A DNA stretch of 40,389 nt from Octopus bimaculoides (GCF_001194135.2 NC_068991.1:47876170-47916558), one strand, 5' to 3'; counted from the stretch's first letter, positions 10,016-22,727 are shown. The notes: generated by a model from the letters alone, not told the origin. Made by a program: numbers and translations.

Positions 10016-10325
10016 TGAAGGTAGTTAGGGTATTAAGTCCCGATCATAAGGTCGTGAGTTCTATTCCTGGTGACGTGTTGTGTCCTTGAAAAAGACTCTC
10101 TATTTCACATTGCTCCAGTCCACTCAGCTGGCAAAAATGAATAGTACCTGTATTTCAAAGGGCCAGCCTTGTCACACTCTGTGTCATACTGAATCTCCCT
10201 GAGAACTACATTAAGGGTATGCATGTCTGTGGAGTGTTCAGCCACTTGCATGTTAATTTCATGAACAGGCTGTTCTGTTAATCAGATCAAGTGGAACCCT
10301 TGCCATTGTAACTGACAGAGTGCCA
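10016..10325 (+). mobile_element. tRNA-derived SINE with a conserved central domain and the family-D 3' module
   Basis: Head, then gtgtccttg...ttcacattgctccagtccactcagctggcaaaaatga, then caaagggccagccttgtcacact...actgacagagtgcc shared with 17630-17797. Confidence 0.85.
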
Positions 10326-10685
10326 GTGAAAAGTTGGTCATACCTGGGAATCTAGCCGAAAAATGTAATGACAATTGCTTCTGATAGGACCCTGTGGAGG
10401 TGATGCCTGAGGACACTCCTCTCACGACCCTCCCAGGAATAGTGGACAGAGAAGATGGAATGATGGAGTAGTACAGCTGATACTTCAATACTCTCATCTA
10501 TCAGAAAATACCCGTCTCTTTCCTTCTCTTACATTTTCTACTTTCTTCCTTCAGAAAGAGGAGATTGGTTGAAGAGGCAGTATGACAACTGAATTACTTA
10601 GGGAGGGTATGATTGGTGGTGAGAGAAAAGGATGGCAGTTGAAAGCAGTTATTATTTATTGATGCAGACTATGCAAAACAATCTA

Positions 10686-10812
10686 CAGGGTGTCCACAAA
10701 GTCTGGGTATCTGGAGTAAATAAAATCATAATATAAACAATTAAATATAAGAGATAATAATTTCTTAAAGTATGTGTTAATCCCCAAGTAGCCAGACTTT
10801 GTGGACACCCTG
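10686..10812. mobile_element. 127-bp Tc1/mariner-type MITE
   Basis: Perfect 21-bp TIR cagggtgtccacaaagtctgg / ccagactttgtggacaccctg with TA TSD (10684-85 and 10813-14). Confidence 0.92.
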
Positions 10813-10961
10813 TATAATAGTTCTGGATTATAGTTTAACTTGAATGAATGCAGTTAACATTCAATATTTGTGGTACAGCAGTAAAGTTATAAAGGCCAAA
10901 ATTTGAAGGTTTTTTTTTAACAATAATTAATTTTGCTTCTTATTTTTTATTGCTCCATTAG

Positions 10962-11230
10962 GAGCATGACTAAGGTGTTGCTCTCATGATTGTAAGATCA
11001 AAGTTTTGATTCTCAGACTGGGTGGTGTGTTGTATTCTTGAGCAAAACACTTCATTTCACATTACTCCAGTCCACTCAGCTGTAAATGAATTCCAGCAAT
11101 AGCTGGGAAGTTGACCCTATAATGGACTAGCATACCATCCAGGGGGAGTGTTATAATCTCAATCAGTCATACGCCATGGAAACTAGATTAAGGTTTGGCC
11201 TTATGAGTCCGAGGACTCTTGAGAGACCTA
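10962..11230 (+). mobile_element. tRNA-derived SINE, same family as 3896-4172
   Basis: ttcttgagcaaaacacttcatttcacattactccagtccactcagctg...accctataatggactagcataccatccagggg...ggaaactagattaag. Confidence 0.78.
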
Positions 11231-12138
11231 AATCCTGAGTCCAAGTCCTAAGTTAGGAAAGAAGAGCAGCACACATGAATCTTTCCAGGATGGGTTTCCA
11301 AGAGAAATTATCCTAAAACTGGATACTTGGGTCAAAACTTTGCAGCAGAATGGACTTTGCTAAAGGCATCCAGGGAACAAGTGGTGGTGTTAAATAAGAA
11401 GAAAGATTATGCCTACCACTCATGTAGGCCACAGTAGGATTTGAACTCAGGACACAAAGAGCTAGAATAAATATCACAGGGTATCATATCTGGTGCTCTA
11501 ACAATTCTCTCAGTCCATTTCCTAAAACTGATGCATTAATTATTGATCTTAGAAAAATAAAATGCAAAGTTGACCAGAGCAGGATTTGAACTCTGATCCA
11601 AAAAACCAGAACAAATACAAGAAATTTCAGTGGCTGTTCCAATGACTCTACTACTTTTTTCTCCTTCCATGCTACAATATCAAATTATCTGAAATTCCAT
11701 ATTACCCATTTGGTCTCTTAGTTTTGAAACCTTATCTAAGTATGTTACCAAATACTTCTTTTACTAACTTTGAGTGGTGTGAGAATAAAAGGTTAAGTAG
11801 ATTTTGGCTAGGCATAGCACTACCCCCCCCCCCCCGAAAAACAGTACCTTAACCCATTGTTACCATATTTCTGTTGAAATACACTACTGACATTGTTTTA
11901 ATTAATTTGGAAAATAAGGAGTATAGGCAGAAATGTGACTGTGTGGTAAGAAGCTTGCTTCTCAACCACATGGTTCTGGGTTCAATTCCACTACGTGGCT
12001 TCTTGGATAAGTGTCTTCTACTATAGCCTTGGGATGACCAAAGCCTTGTGAGTGGATTTGGTAGATGGAAACTGAAAGAAGCCTGTTGTACATATGTGTG
12101 TGCATATGTGTGTGTGTGTGTGGGTGTGTGTGTGAGAT

Positions 12139-12820
12139 ATCATCATCATCATCATTTAACGTCCATTGTTCATGCTGGCATGGGTTGGACGGTTTGACTA
12201 GGGCTGGCAGTCTGGAAGGCTGCACCAGACTCCAGTCTGATTTGGCATGATTTCTACAGTTGGATGCCCTTACTAACGTCAATCACTCTAAGAAACTAAT
12301 GGGTGTCTTTTATGTACCACTGGCATAGGTGCCATTTGCATGACACTAGTATCTGCCATGAATATGATTTTAGTTGGCTTGATGGGTCTTCTCAAGCATG
12401 GTGTACAATGCCAAAGGTTTTGGTCATTCATCATTGCCTCCATGAGGCCCACCACTTGAAAGGTGCTTTTTACATGTCACTGGCATGGGTGCCAGTTATG
12501 TGACACCAGCATTGGCCACAACTATGATTTCACTTGGCTTGACGGGACTTTTTAAGCACAGTGTATTGCCAAAGGTCTCGGTCACTAGTTATTGCCTCTG
12601 TGAGGCCCAAAGTTCAAAGATCATGCACCACCATCTCATCCCATGTCTTCCTGGGTCTACCTCTACCACAAGTTTCCTCCACAGTTAGAGACTGGCACTT
12701 CTTTACACAGCTGTCCTCATCCATATGCATCACATGACCATACCAGTGCAGTTGTCACTCTTGCACACCAGATCTGATGCCTCTTATGCCCAACCTTTCT
12801 CTCAAGTTGATTGCACTGTC
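12139..12820 (-). mobile_element. RTE LINE 3' end (ORF C-terminus + 3'UTR + (GAT)n tail), inactivated
   Basis: Minus strand reads LRERLGIRGIRSGVQE*QLHWYGHVMHMDEDSCVKKCQSLTVEETCGRGRPRKTWDEMV. The 3'UTR has an internal ~160-bp duplication. Tail ggacgttaaatgatgatgat. Confidence 0.88.
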
Positions 12821-12949
12821 ATCAGTTGTCAAGCGATGTTGGGGAGACAAACACAGATACACAAACATATACACACACATAAATATATATATATATATAA
12901 TACAAAAAATATATATGCATGTATACACACATATATGTATATACTTTCA

Positions 12950-13510
12950 TCTACATGTGTATATAGATGCATATCAGGGTACAGGACGTTAGAACAATGA
13001 ACTACAGACAACGGAACGAACACATAGGAAAACAGAAAGCCACTTGGAATTATTCATCAGCTGCCTCTATTCTAACTCGACGTTTCGAAGATAAGGCAGG
13101 ACGTACTCTAGAATAGTCTCTTCCTGAGTAGTGGATCAACCAACTAAACAGAGGATTCCAAGGTGGCAAACGTAAACCAAGACAGGAAAAATTGGACAGT
13201 GAAAACAACACAAAAAAGCCGTACGGCCAAACGCGAATCTGATGTAGAATGCTAGTAGTTCATCTTGCCTTCACAGCAGCTGGAGTGAAAAGAAAGTTGA
13301 CCACAGGTCACACGAGAGCAGAGAGGATGGTGGAGGGAGGAAGTGGAACAAGGAGGAAGAAACAGGAGTGTATAGCAGTGAAGTAGAAGTTAGAATAACA
13401 GAAAGAAGCAGAGCGAGACGGGGAGATGGGTAAGAAGAAAGATAGATAGGTAGATAGAGGGATAGATAGAAAGATAGAGGAAGACAGATAGATAAATAGA
13501 TAGATAGAGT
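12950..13510 (-). mobile_element. CpG-rich repeat, possibly the 3'/terminal region of a Penelope-like element
   Basis: On the minus strand a pyrimidine-rich tract is followed by ttcGAAACGTCgag and ctgatga. It sits inside the microsatellite of a SINE-A copy. Confidence 0.4.
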
Positions 13511-14447
13511 CACGTCATATACGACAGGCTTCTTTCAGTTTCCATCTACCAAATCCACTCACAAGGCTTTGGTCAGCCCGAGACTAATAGTAGAAGACAC
13601 TTGTCCAAGGTGCCACATAGTGGGACTGAACCCGGAACCATGTGGTTAGTAAGCAAGCTACTTACCACACAGCCACTCCTACGCCTATATGTGTATGTAT
13701 ATATATATATGTGCATATATATGTGTGTGTGTGTGTATGTATGTGTGTGTATGTGTGTGTATTGTGTGTGTGTGTTTTTGTGTATGTGTTTGTCCACCAC
13801 CACTGCTTGACAACTGGTGTTGGTTTGTTTACATCCCCATAATTTAGTGGTTTGGCAAAAAGAAACTGATAGAATAAGTATCAGACCCCAATAAATAAAC
13901 AAATAAATAAATACTGGACTCGATTCGTTTGGCCAAAAGTTTCTTCAAAGCAGTGCTCCAACATGGCTGCAGTGTAATGGCCGAAAAAGATTTTTAAAAA
14001 AACCGATAGATGAAGATAATTCAGTAAAATCACTTTGTCGTTATTAAGCTGATGTTTGGAACATAAATTAATGTGAAATTTTGATGGAAGATTTTAATTC
14101 AGATCTCTTTAAAACAGGAAGTTTGTGTCATTGAAGCTGGAATGGTCTTAGGTGGGTTGGTGTCAAAAGGGTTAAATGATTGAAGTGCTAAGTTATCCAA
14201 CTACTTCCACGAATGTACAGTATTCTAAAATCCACCGTTGCCAACCTTACCGGCTGAAATTAAGTGAACATTGCATGATGGGATATCATGCTAATGAGTC
14301 ATTATGAAAACTGGACAAGATTTGACAAGACAGAAGTACATAAATTTTTCTGTCATTTACATAACTTGGGTGAATCATGCTTGCAAGGTTGTTTCTAACT
14401 TGAGATAGATTTAAAATTAGAATTAAATGAGAATGAACAGTGAAACT

Positions 14448-14480
14448 CTCTCTCACACACACACACACACACAGAGAGCG

Positions 14481-14548
<68 letters not shown>
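14448..14548. repeat. Compound (CT)n(CA)n(GA)n microsatellite
   Basis: Directly visible. Confidence 0.97.
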
Positions 14549-14552
<4 letters not shown>

Positions 14553-15237
14553 GTGAAAATGTATTCCTGAAAAACAACAACATTCCCACACTGATATATA
14601 TTTAATCTGTGTCTTACAATAGCATATTCAATGAAAGGTTAAGCTTGGTAATAATGTTAAAATAACCAGATGAGTTAGGTTCATAGAGAAAACAAGTAAA
14701 ATAGTAGCTTTATCTGTGCCCCTTCCCTCTGCCTTCACCAAACAAGTTTTTAACTTCATAGGTCAGAGTGTATAAGTATTTTAGAAATCTTGTTGCATTT
14801 TACCCACAGTTAAGAATGGAATGAGACCTTGGTTTTTTTTTATTTATATATCAATTAATGTATTTAATTTTTTTATTCCACATAAATTTGACAATTGATT
14901 CATATATGAAAATTTATTGGGGTTAGAAATATGAAATGCCTGTCTTTAAGTGAAAGGTGTTATTGGTGTTATTAAATATGTCTGTGAATAAAGGTAGGCT
15001 ATTAGCAATTCTAAAATTTATTTTTTTAATTCATTTCATAGAAATCCATAAGGTGGTACCTGGGGGCAAGTGTCTTCTACAAAAGATTTTGGCTGACAGA
15101 TCCTTTGTGAGTGAAATGTGGCAGATGGAAACTGTACAGAAGTCTTCGATATATTCCACCACCACCACCATTATTGCCACCACTGCTGTTGCTGCTGCTT
15201 CCACTGCTACCGCCACCACTGCCGCAGCCGCTGCCGT

Positions 15238-15698
15238 NNNNNNNNNNNNNNNNNNNNNNNNNNNNNNNNNNNNNNNNNNNNNNNNNNNNNNNNNNNNNNN
15301 NNNNNNNNNNNNNNNNNNNNNNNNNNNNNNNNNNNNNNNNNNNNNNNNNNNNNNNNNNNNNNNNNNNNNNNNNNNNNNNNNNNNNNNNNNNNNNNNNNNN
15401 NNNNNNNNNNNNNNNNNNNNNNNNNNNNNNNNNNNNNNNNNNNNNNNNNNNNNNNNNNNNNNNNNNNNNNNNNNNNNNNNNNNNNNNNNNNNNNNNNNNN
15501 NNNNNNNNNNNNNNNNNNNNNNNNNNNNNNNNNNNNNNNNNNNNNNNNNNNNNNNNNNNNNNNNNNNNNNNNNNNNNNNNNNNNNNNNNNNNNNNNNNNN
15601 NNNNNNNNNNNNNNNNNNNNNNNNNNNNNNNNNNNNNNNNNNNNNNNNNNNNNNNNNNNNNNNNNNNNNNNNNNNNNNNNNNNNNNNNNNNNNNNNNN
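15238..15698. other. Assembly gap (N)
   Basis: N run flanked by (CCA/GCC)n. Confidence 1.
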
Positions 15699-16449
15699 AC
15701 CACCACCACTGCTACCGCCGCCAGAAATAGGAAAGCCCAAAGAGAAAGAAGGAAAAATAAAGAAAAATCGCCAACAGCCCACATGCGGTTACACACACAC
15801 ATATATTAGGAAATTGATTGTTATGACTGGTTAGACAGTGACCATTGGTTTCACACCTATAAAGCACTTAGTCATATTTGCGACTCACCAGATTTAAGTG
15901 GCTGAAGGCAGATAACTCCTCTACAACTGGTGAGAGGAATACATCATGGTCAATTAGTTTAGTAAACAAAAAACATACATCCAGATCGGCTGATGTCTGC
16001 CAAGTGAATAATAATTCATGAGGTGCACACATCATCATCAGCCAGCATTTTAAATCCAGGTTTTGTCCCCATTAATGGGGGTGGCTGGATCAACCTCAAT
16101 GCCATAGCAACTGAGGCAGGCAGGTTCAGCCTACCCCAACCTTTGGGTGGGCTGGTGCTCATTCTCATGAGGCTTTTTTGGGCTGGCTGATGCCCATTCT
16201 ATCATGAGGCTTTTTTGGAGCTGGATTTTCTATGGGGAGCATGCCTTTGTTTACCCCCAACCTCAGTTTCTAGATATGAGTTGTCCTGAGACCCAGGCCT
16301 CTACCACGAATTTTAAGAAATGTGATGGAAAATTAGCACATGAAGGCAGAACACTACTCCTTGAGACCCCTTTCGGAGCCCCCTACCTAAAGAAGTGAGA
16401 ATTCAAACAATAAAACATTTTTTTCATTTTTAATATTTTCTGGTGGAAT

Positions 16450-16660
16450 AAGGCAGCAAACTGGCAGAATTGTTTGTACACCGAGCAAAAGGCTTAGTGG
16501 CATTTCTTCCTTCTCTACATTGTGTTCAAATTCCACCAAGGCTGACTTTTTATCAATCCTGGAAAGATTGATAAAATAAGTACCATTTGAGCACTGAGGT
16601 TGATGTAATTGACTTTTCCCCACCAAACTTACTGGCCTTGCATCAAAATTTGAAACCAAA
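16450..16660 (+). mobile_element. SINE family B
   Basis: ggcagcaaactggcagaattg...gttcaaattccacc...gataaaataagtacc...ggccttgcatcaaaatttg. Confidence 0.82.
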
Positions 16661-16944
16661 CCAATATGTTCTGGTAGAATTGAATGTGATTATGCTGATT
16701 ATTATTGTATTTTGTCATTGTTTAAAAGGAGGAGAAGGAGGTGTTCTCTGATGATGAAATACAACAACACTCAACACATTTACGTTTGAATCTGCTAGAA
16801 CATATTAAGAATGGATACATTTTTGCTTAGATTCTTGTTGTTTAGCATGCACCCCATACATTATATAAACTCACTACAAATTGCAAATGGATAACTTGTT
16901 TAAAATTTGGTCTCAAGCCCAAGATGTATATATTTACTTATACG

Positions 16945-17025
16945 ATTACTCTAAAATCCAATAGAATCTGAAATCCAAAACGCTTCCAAGTCCCAAGCAT
17001 TCTAGATAAAGGATTACTAACAATA
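16945..17025 (+). mobile_element. Tigger/pogo-type MITE terminus resembling MER46/Tigger4
   Basis: aaaatccaatagaatctgaaatccaaaacgcttccaagtcccaagcattctagataaaggattac resembles the recalled aaaatccgaaaaaatccgaaatccgaaacacttctggtcccaagcatttcggataagggatac. Confidence 0.55.
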
Positions 17026-17417
17026 AGAGTGTTAGTTATCTACAAGTGTGACATTGTTAAGCCAAAAATTGGCCAGGACCAACTAGACAATTCCAGCCAT
17101 GATCTTTCCATGTTTCTTTTTTTGAAGGCATAGTGTACCTAGGATTACATTATCTGATGTATCCTTACTTTTCAAAAATTCCAGGGTGCGGGCTGAAAGA
17201 CATTTGATTCTTACTTTTCAAAAAAGGTTCATTGACAACATGCAATGATGACAGTGGTGATGGCAATGATGATGATGATGATGTTGGTAGTGACGATGAT
17301 GATGACAATTGTTGTTATTTAGTTTCTGGAGAATCATAATAAAGCAGGTAGGTCTAGGACCAGAGGCATTCCATCAGTGACTAGACTATATCTTTTCTTC
17401 AGACATAGTATATCTAG

Positions 17418-17806
17418 CGTGGAGGCGCAATGGCCCAGTGGTTAGGGCAGTGGACTCGCGGCCATAGGATCGCGGTTTCGATTCCCAGATCGGGTGTTGT
17501 GAGTGTTTATTGAGCGAAAACACCTAAAAGCTCCATGAGGCTCCGGCAGGGGATGGTGGCGAACCCTGCTGTACTCTTCCACCACAACTTTCTCTCACTC
17601 TCACTTCCTGTTTCTGTTGTGCCTGTAATTCAAAGGGTCAGCCTTGTCACACTGTGCCACGATGAATATCCCCGAGAACTACATTAAGGGTACACGTGTC
17701 TGTGGAGTGCTCAGCCACTTGCATGTTAATTTCACGAGCAGGTTGTTCTGTTGATCGGATCAACTGGAACCCTCAACGTCGTAAGCGACGGAGTGCCAAC
17801 AACAAC
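17418..17806 (+). mobile_element. Full-length young tRNA-derived SINE (family D) with an 11-bp TSD
   Basis: A box tggcccagtgg, B box ggtttcgattccc, (AAC)3 tail. TSD agtatatctag at 17407-17417 and 17807-17817. It is inserted into a family C copy. Confidence 0.93.
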
Positions 17807-17919
17807 AGTATATCTAGGGCTGCATTTTACTAATGTTTTCTTCATTTTTTCTTAAGATGAGTGTAATTTGAGGGAGTTTTAACTGCTATCTCTACCAGAG
17901 GGAGCAACCACATAGGAGC

Positions 17920-18480
17920 TCCTTAGTTGGTGGTGATGATATTAATGATACTTTTAGTAATAGGGGTAGTATTGGTGCTAGTGGTGTTAGAGACAGTAAT
18001 AGTGTTAGTGGTTGTGATGGAGGTGGTGATTGTGGTAGTAGTGGTGGTGGTAGTGATAATGCTCGTGGAAAGTGTGGTTGAGATGATAGTGAAGTTGATA
18101 TTTGTGTTTGTGGTTGTAATAATAATGTTAAAGTTAGGTGTGTTAGCAGTGGTGATTATAGTGGTGGAGGTAGTAATGGGCATGTGGTGGTATAAGTGGC
18201 AGTTGTAGAGATGGAAGTGGAAGTTGTAGAAATGATGGTGGTAGTTGCAGAAGTGATCACAGTGGTTGTTGAAGGGATGATGGTAATATTACTGTTACTG
18301 ATTGTGGCAGCAGTGGTGGTAGTTTTTGCACTGCTGAAAACATCTCTTATTTCAATAGACAAATGGCTAATGTTAGCTATAAGGTGTTAATGTTAGCTAT
18401 TCAGATGAGAAACAACAACAACCATAACATCGTCATCATCATCATCATCATCATCATCAATAACAACATCATACAACCAT
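17920..18480. repeat. Cryptic trinucleotide low-complexity tract (GGT/GAT/GTA); similar tracts at 5830-6180, 7430-8870 and 15150-15720
   Basis: Strong G/T strand skew; source of the poly-V/T/H/P ORFs. Confidence 0.93.
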
Positions 18481-19889
18481 AATAACATTGTTCAACTCCT
18501 TTTTTCTCATTCTGATGGAAAAGTTGGACATATAAGTTGACATTAATATTTCATCAGAGATTCCTCATTGTTTATGTATATCAATATGTATGCGTGTGTT
18601 TGTGCACATGATTGTGTGTACATGGATGTCTAACTGTACAAGCACATGTGGACATGTGGAAGTGTATGTATGTGTATGTATGAAGATGTATATATGTGTG
18701 CAAACTGAGAATGTATATGCACCTAGGTGTGTGATTGTGTAGTAAATGTGTGTGTATGTCTGTGTGTATATGTGCATATATATATGTCTATGTGTAAATA
18801 TGTACGTGAATGTGCAAGTATTTGTGTACATGTATATATGTGTTTTTGTGTTTATGTTTTGTGTGTGTGTTTGTGTTTGTGCGCGCGCGCGTGTGTGTGT
18901 GTGTATGTGTGTGAATGAGCATGTACATGCATCTGTAAGAAGCAGCTATGTGGGACTTCTCCTAGCTTTGTTGGCTACAGATATTCCACTTAATTCTCAT
19001 GTTTCCTACAACATGAGACAGGACAGAAATAGCACACAGGTAGATACAAGTAGACAGTCAAACAGACAGACAGGAAGATAGAAGTACACTCATAAGCATC
19101 TAAATAATAATTACATTCACATACAGGTAGTTAACCATACAAAACACATATCTATTTACAAGTGTGTATAAGTACATATCTAGATAAATCTATATTAAGT
19201 TGCTGCACACACACACACACACACACTACCACCACCACCACCACCATCACCATCATCATCATCACTATTAACGTCTGTTTTCCTTGCTGGAATGGGTTGG
19301 ATGGTTTGACAAGAGCTGGCCAGCTGAGGGGCTGTCCAGGCTCCATGTCTGTTTTGGCATGATTCATAAGGCTGGATGCCCTTCCTAATGCCAACACACA
19401 TATATATAAATATATATATGTTTGTGTGTGTATATATATATATGTATATGTATGTATAATACACATATAATCACCATCATCATTCAACTTCCATGTACCA
19501 TGATTGTTTTTGTCTAGTTATGAAAACAATTTAATAGTAAATTGCAGGATTACTCAATACTATATAGTAGAGTATATATTTAACTGTCAACCGTTTCCTT
19601 GTGATATAAACATCCATTAACCTACTGAGTCATCTATTCATCTATCTATCTATCTATCTCTCTATCTATCTTACCATCCTCTTATCATTCAATTTTCCAT
19701 GTTCACATGGGTAGGACAAATTTTGTTGAGGCAGATTTCTTACAGCTTCTCGTCATTGACCCTCACCTGTTTCCAAATAAGGTAATATTTTCCCATTACC
19801 TGGCATATCTCAGGAAATTCAAAATGAATGACACTACTTGCATAATGGTAACATTTACTTACAACTGTGAAGGTGATAGTAAAACGCAC

Positions 19890-20159
19890 ATACAATGGGC
19901 TTCTTTCAGTTTCTGTCTGCCAAATCCATTCACTAGACTTTGACTGGCCTGGGATTATAGCAGAAGACACTTGTCCAAGGTGCAGTGGAACTGAAACTGA
20001 AATCATGTGGTTGGGAAGCAAACTTCTCGCTACATAGCCATGCCTGCACCTATATCTATCTATCTACTTATCTATCTACTTGTCTACCTACCTACCTATC
20101 TATCTATCTATCCACCTACCTATCTATCTACTTATCTACCTATCTACTTGTCTACCTAC

Positions 20160-20190
<31 letters not shown>

Positions 20191-20315
20191 CTTATCTACC
20201 TATCTATCTACTTGTCTACCTATCTATCCACTTGTCTACCTACCTATCTATCTATCTACTTATCTACTTGTCTATCTACTTGTCTATCTATCTATCTATC
20301 TATCTACCTATGTAC

Positions 20316-20350
<35 letters not shown>

Positions 20351-20445
20351 CTCATGCATCAGATACAGCTGTGTGGTTAAGAAGTTTGCTTCGCAACCAT
20401 GTGGTTTCAAGTTCAGTCCCACTGCATGGCACCTGGGGACAAATG
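19890..20445. mobile_element. Two divergent SINE family A heads (19890-20050 minus; 20368-20445 plus) flanking an (ATCT/ACCT)n satellite
   Basis: Both heads match the family-A 5' sequence. Confidence 0.8.
20050..20352. repeat. ~300-bp (ATCT/ACCT)n satellite with higher-order variants
   Basis: Recurrent ctacttgtct variant among ctat/ctac units. Confidence 0.97.
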
Positions 20446-21350
20446 AGTAAGGAACTGTATCTGTTTCTAACCCATGTACTTTACCATCTCCCTTTCTGCA
20501 ATGCCAGTCATCAGTCCCTCTTCCCTAGAACCACTTGTTATTAGCATCCACACTTAAAATACAAACTAAGAATACCACCATGTTCAAAAATTGCCAAGGT
20601 GCCTTTGGCCAAGGCTGGTCATGGGAGGAACCTCCTGTCTAAACTGCTGTTGGCTAGCATAGACAAGTAAACCTACAACCAACTGAGATTGGCCAAAAAT
20701 GAGGCTTTCACCTATTGGTGGATTGATACTAACTAAAGAAAGAGAAGATGAGATGATCACAGCTGGAGTGCTTTGGATCATAAGTATTTTGTAATATCCA
20801 TTTGGAATACTTCCATCATATGTCACCTGGATCAATAATAACCTAGGGTGAAACAACAACAACAGCAACAGCAACAACAACTTAAAATCCTCTCTGTATC
20901 TTTTGTATGTTGTTGATGTTGACTGTTCCTTTTCATGTAAAAAAAAAAATCATTTAATAGAAGCACATTTTTTTAAAACCAGAAACATGGAAGCTGTCTT
21001 TAATGGTCCTTTAATTAGAAAATGGAGCTAATTAAATTCACTTTTGAAAGAAAGAGACAAAAAAAAAAGAACTATTTTTGGTATTGGCATGACATGTAAG
21101 ATGTATCATCAACTGACTCCCAAACAGCCTGAAACTAATTTTACATTAACAACACAGTGACTTCAATGTTTAGTGACCCACATTAGTAGCATCATTTCAA
21201 GACTTTCCCATAAAAATATTAGAGAAGACATAATTGTGCGACATGCATTTATATATTGAATACAAACCAGTGCTGTGTCCATGGATGTTTGAAAGGTCTG
21301 AGCAATTATTACTCCCAGGGCAGGGATATAAACATAGTTAAATGAAATGG

Positions 21351-21392
<42 letters not shown>

Positions 21393-22059
21393 GAGAAAAG
21401 AGTATTTTGGTTACAAGGTCACAGAAATCAGTAATAACTATAGAGGTCATGGGGTCAATAAAGGTTAAATGTAAAAAGGAAGAGCTTTTTAACTAATATT
21501 AATTTGCATGTGTATGTGTGTATGTATATATATATATACATATATATGTATACATACACACACACACATGTACATAGATATGCACATACATACATTTGTA
21601 TTATTCAATTATCACATTTATAGCGGGCAGGCTTGACTCCGGGAATTATCCTAAAAGCATGCAATCTCCAAGCAGTGCTGAGAACAATATGGCTTGGAGT
21701 TATACAAGCTCAGGTCTTTATAATATTGTTAATTCAAATTCTTATATCTCTACTTTACAAATATTGATATAATTCGACATGAGATTTGCTTCTCTGAACT
21801 GTCTAGGAATTTGCAATCAGTGCCTATCCTTATTTGGTACACCTGTCTCCTCTGCTCATGTACCACATCTGAAAAGAACATCTTCCTGGAGCCTGGTTGT
21901 TTTTGTATATCAGGGATAGGCAGCCTTTTTTTGAGAAGCAGGCCACATGAGACATGGCTCACTACCAGGTGGGTGGTGCTACTTAAAATATTCAAGGTAA
22001 TTTTTCATTAGGTATGCCGTTCAGAAAATTCTGCAGACTGCTGAAGAACTTCTATATTC

Positions 22060-22440
22060 TTTTATTCTTTTACTTGTTTCAGTCATTTGACTGCGACCAT
22101 GCTGGAGCACCACTTTTAGTCGAACAAATTGACTCCAGGACTTATTCTTTGTAAGCTTAGTACTTATTCTGTCGGTCTCTTTTGCCAAACCGCTAAGTTA
22201 CGGAGATGTAAACACATCAACATCGGTTGTCAGGTGATGGTGGGGGGGACAAACACAGACACAAAAACATATATATATATATATATATACACACGACAGG
22301 CTTCTTCCAGTTTCTGTCTACCAAATCCACTCACAAGGCTTTCGTTGGTCCAAGGCTATAGTAGAAGACACCTGCCCAATGTGCTATGCTGTAGGACTGA
22401 ACCCAGAACCACGTGGTTGGGAAGCAAGCCACTCCTACGC
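22060..22440 (-). mobile_element. Full-length SINE family A
   Basis: Same architecture as 9029-9418, with a small deletion in the head. Confidence 0.9.
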
Positions 22441-22480
22441 TTCAACTTTTTTTTAAAATAGAAAAATGCTTCATCCATAG

Positions 22481-22727
22481 NNNNNNNNNNNNNNNNNNNN
22501 NNNNNNNNNNNNNNNNNNNNNNNNNNNNNNNNNNNNNNNNNNNNNNNNNNNNNNNNNNNNNNNNNNNNNNNNNNNNNNNNNNNNNNNNNNNNNNNNNNNN
22601 NNNNNNNNNNNNNNNNNNNNNNNNNNNNNNNNNNNNNNNNNNNNNNNNNNNNNNNNNNNNNNNNNNNNNNNNNNNNNNNNNNNNNNNNNNNNNNNNNNNN
22701 NNNNNNNNNNNNNNNNNNNNNNNNNNN
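22481..22727. other. Assembly gap (N)
   Basis: N run. Confidence 1.

Larger units (their letters stand above)
11925..13990 (+). mobile_element. SINE family A split in its microsatellite (head 11925-12135, tail 13780-13990)
   Basis: Both halves are on the same strand and in the right order. The interval holds an RTE and a second, minus-strand SINE-A (12822-12900 and 13520-13690). Confidence 0.75.
11853..14171. mobile_element. piggyBac-type MITE (family F) split by ~2.1 kb of nested insertions
   Basis: TTAA-cccattgttaccatatttctg (11849-11920) and tgaagataattcagtaaaat...caaaaggg-TTAA (~14010-14175) are contiguous in the copy at 31841-32267. Confidence 0.8.

Noticed and set aside
17418-17495. 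tRNA-like sequence with A and B boxes
   Set aside because: It continues into a 300-bp body with tail and TSD and has a second copy, so it is a SINE head, not a tRNA gene.
19985-20544. 130-154 aa SIYL/STYL-repeat ORFs
   Set aside because: These are translations of the (ATCT)n satellite, with no splice signals or codon structure.
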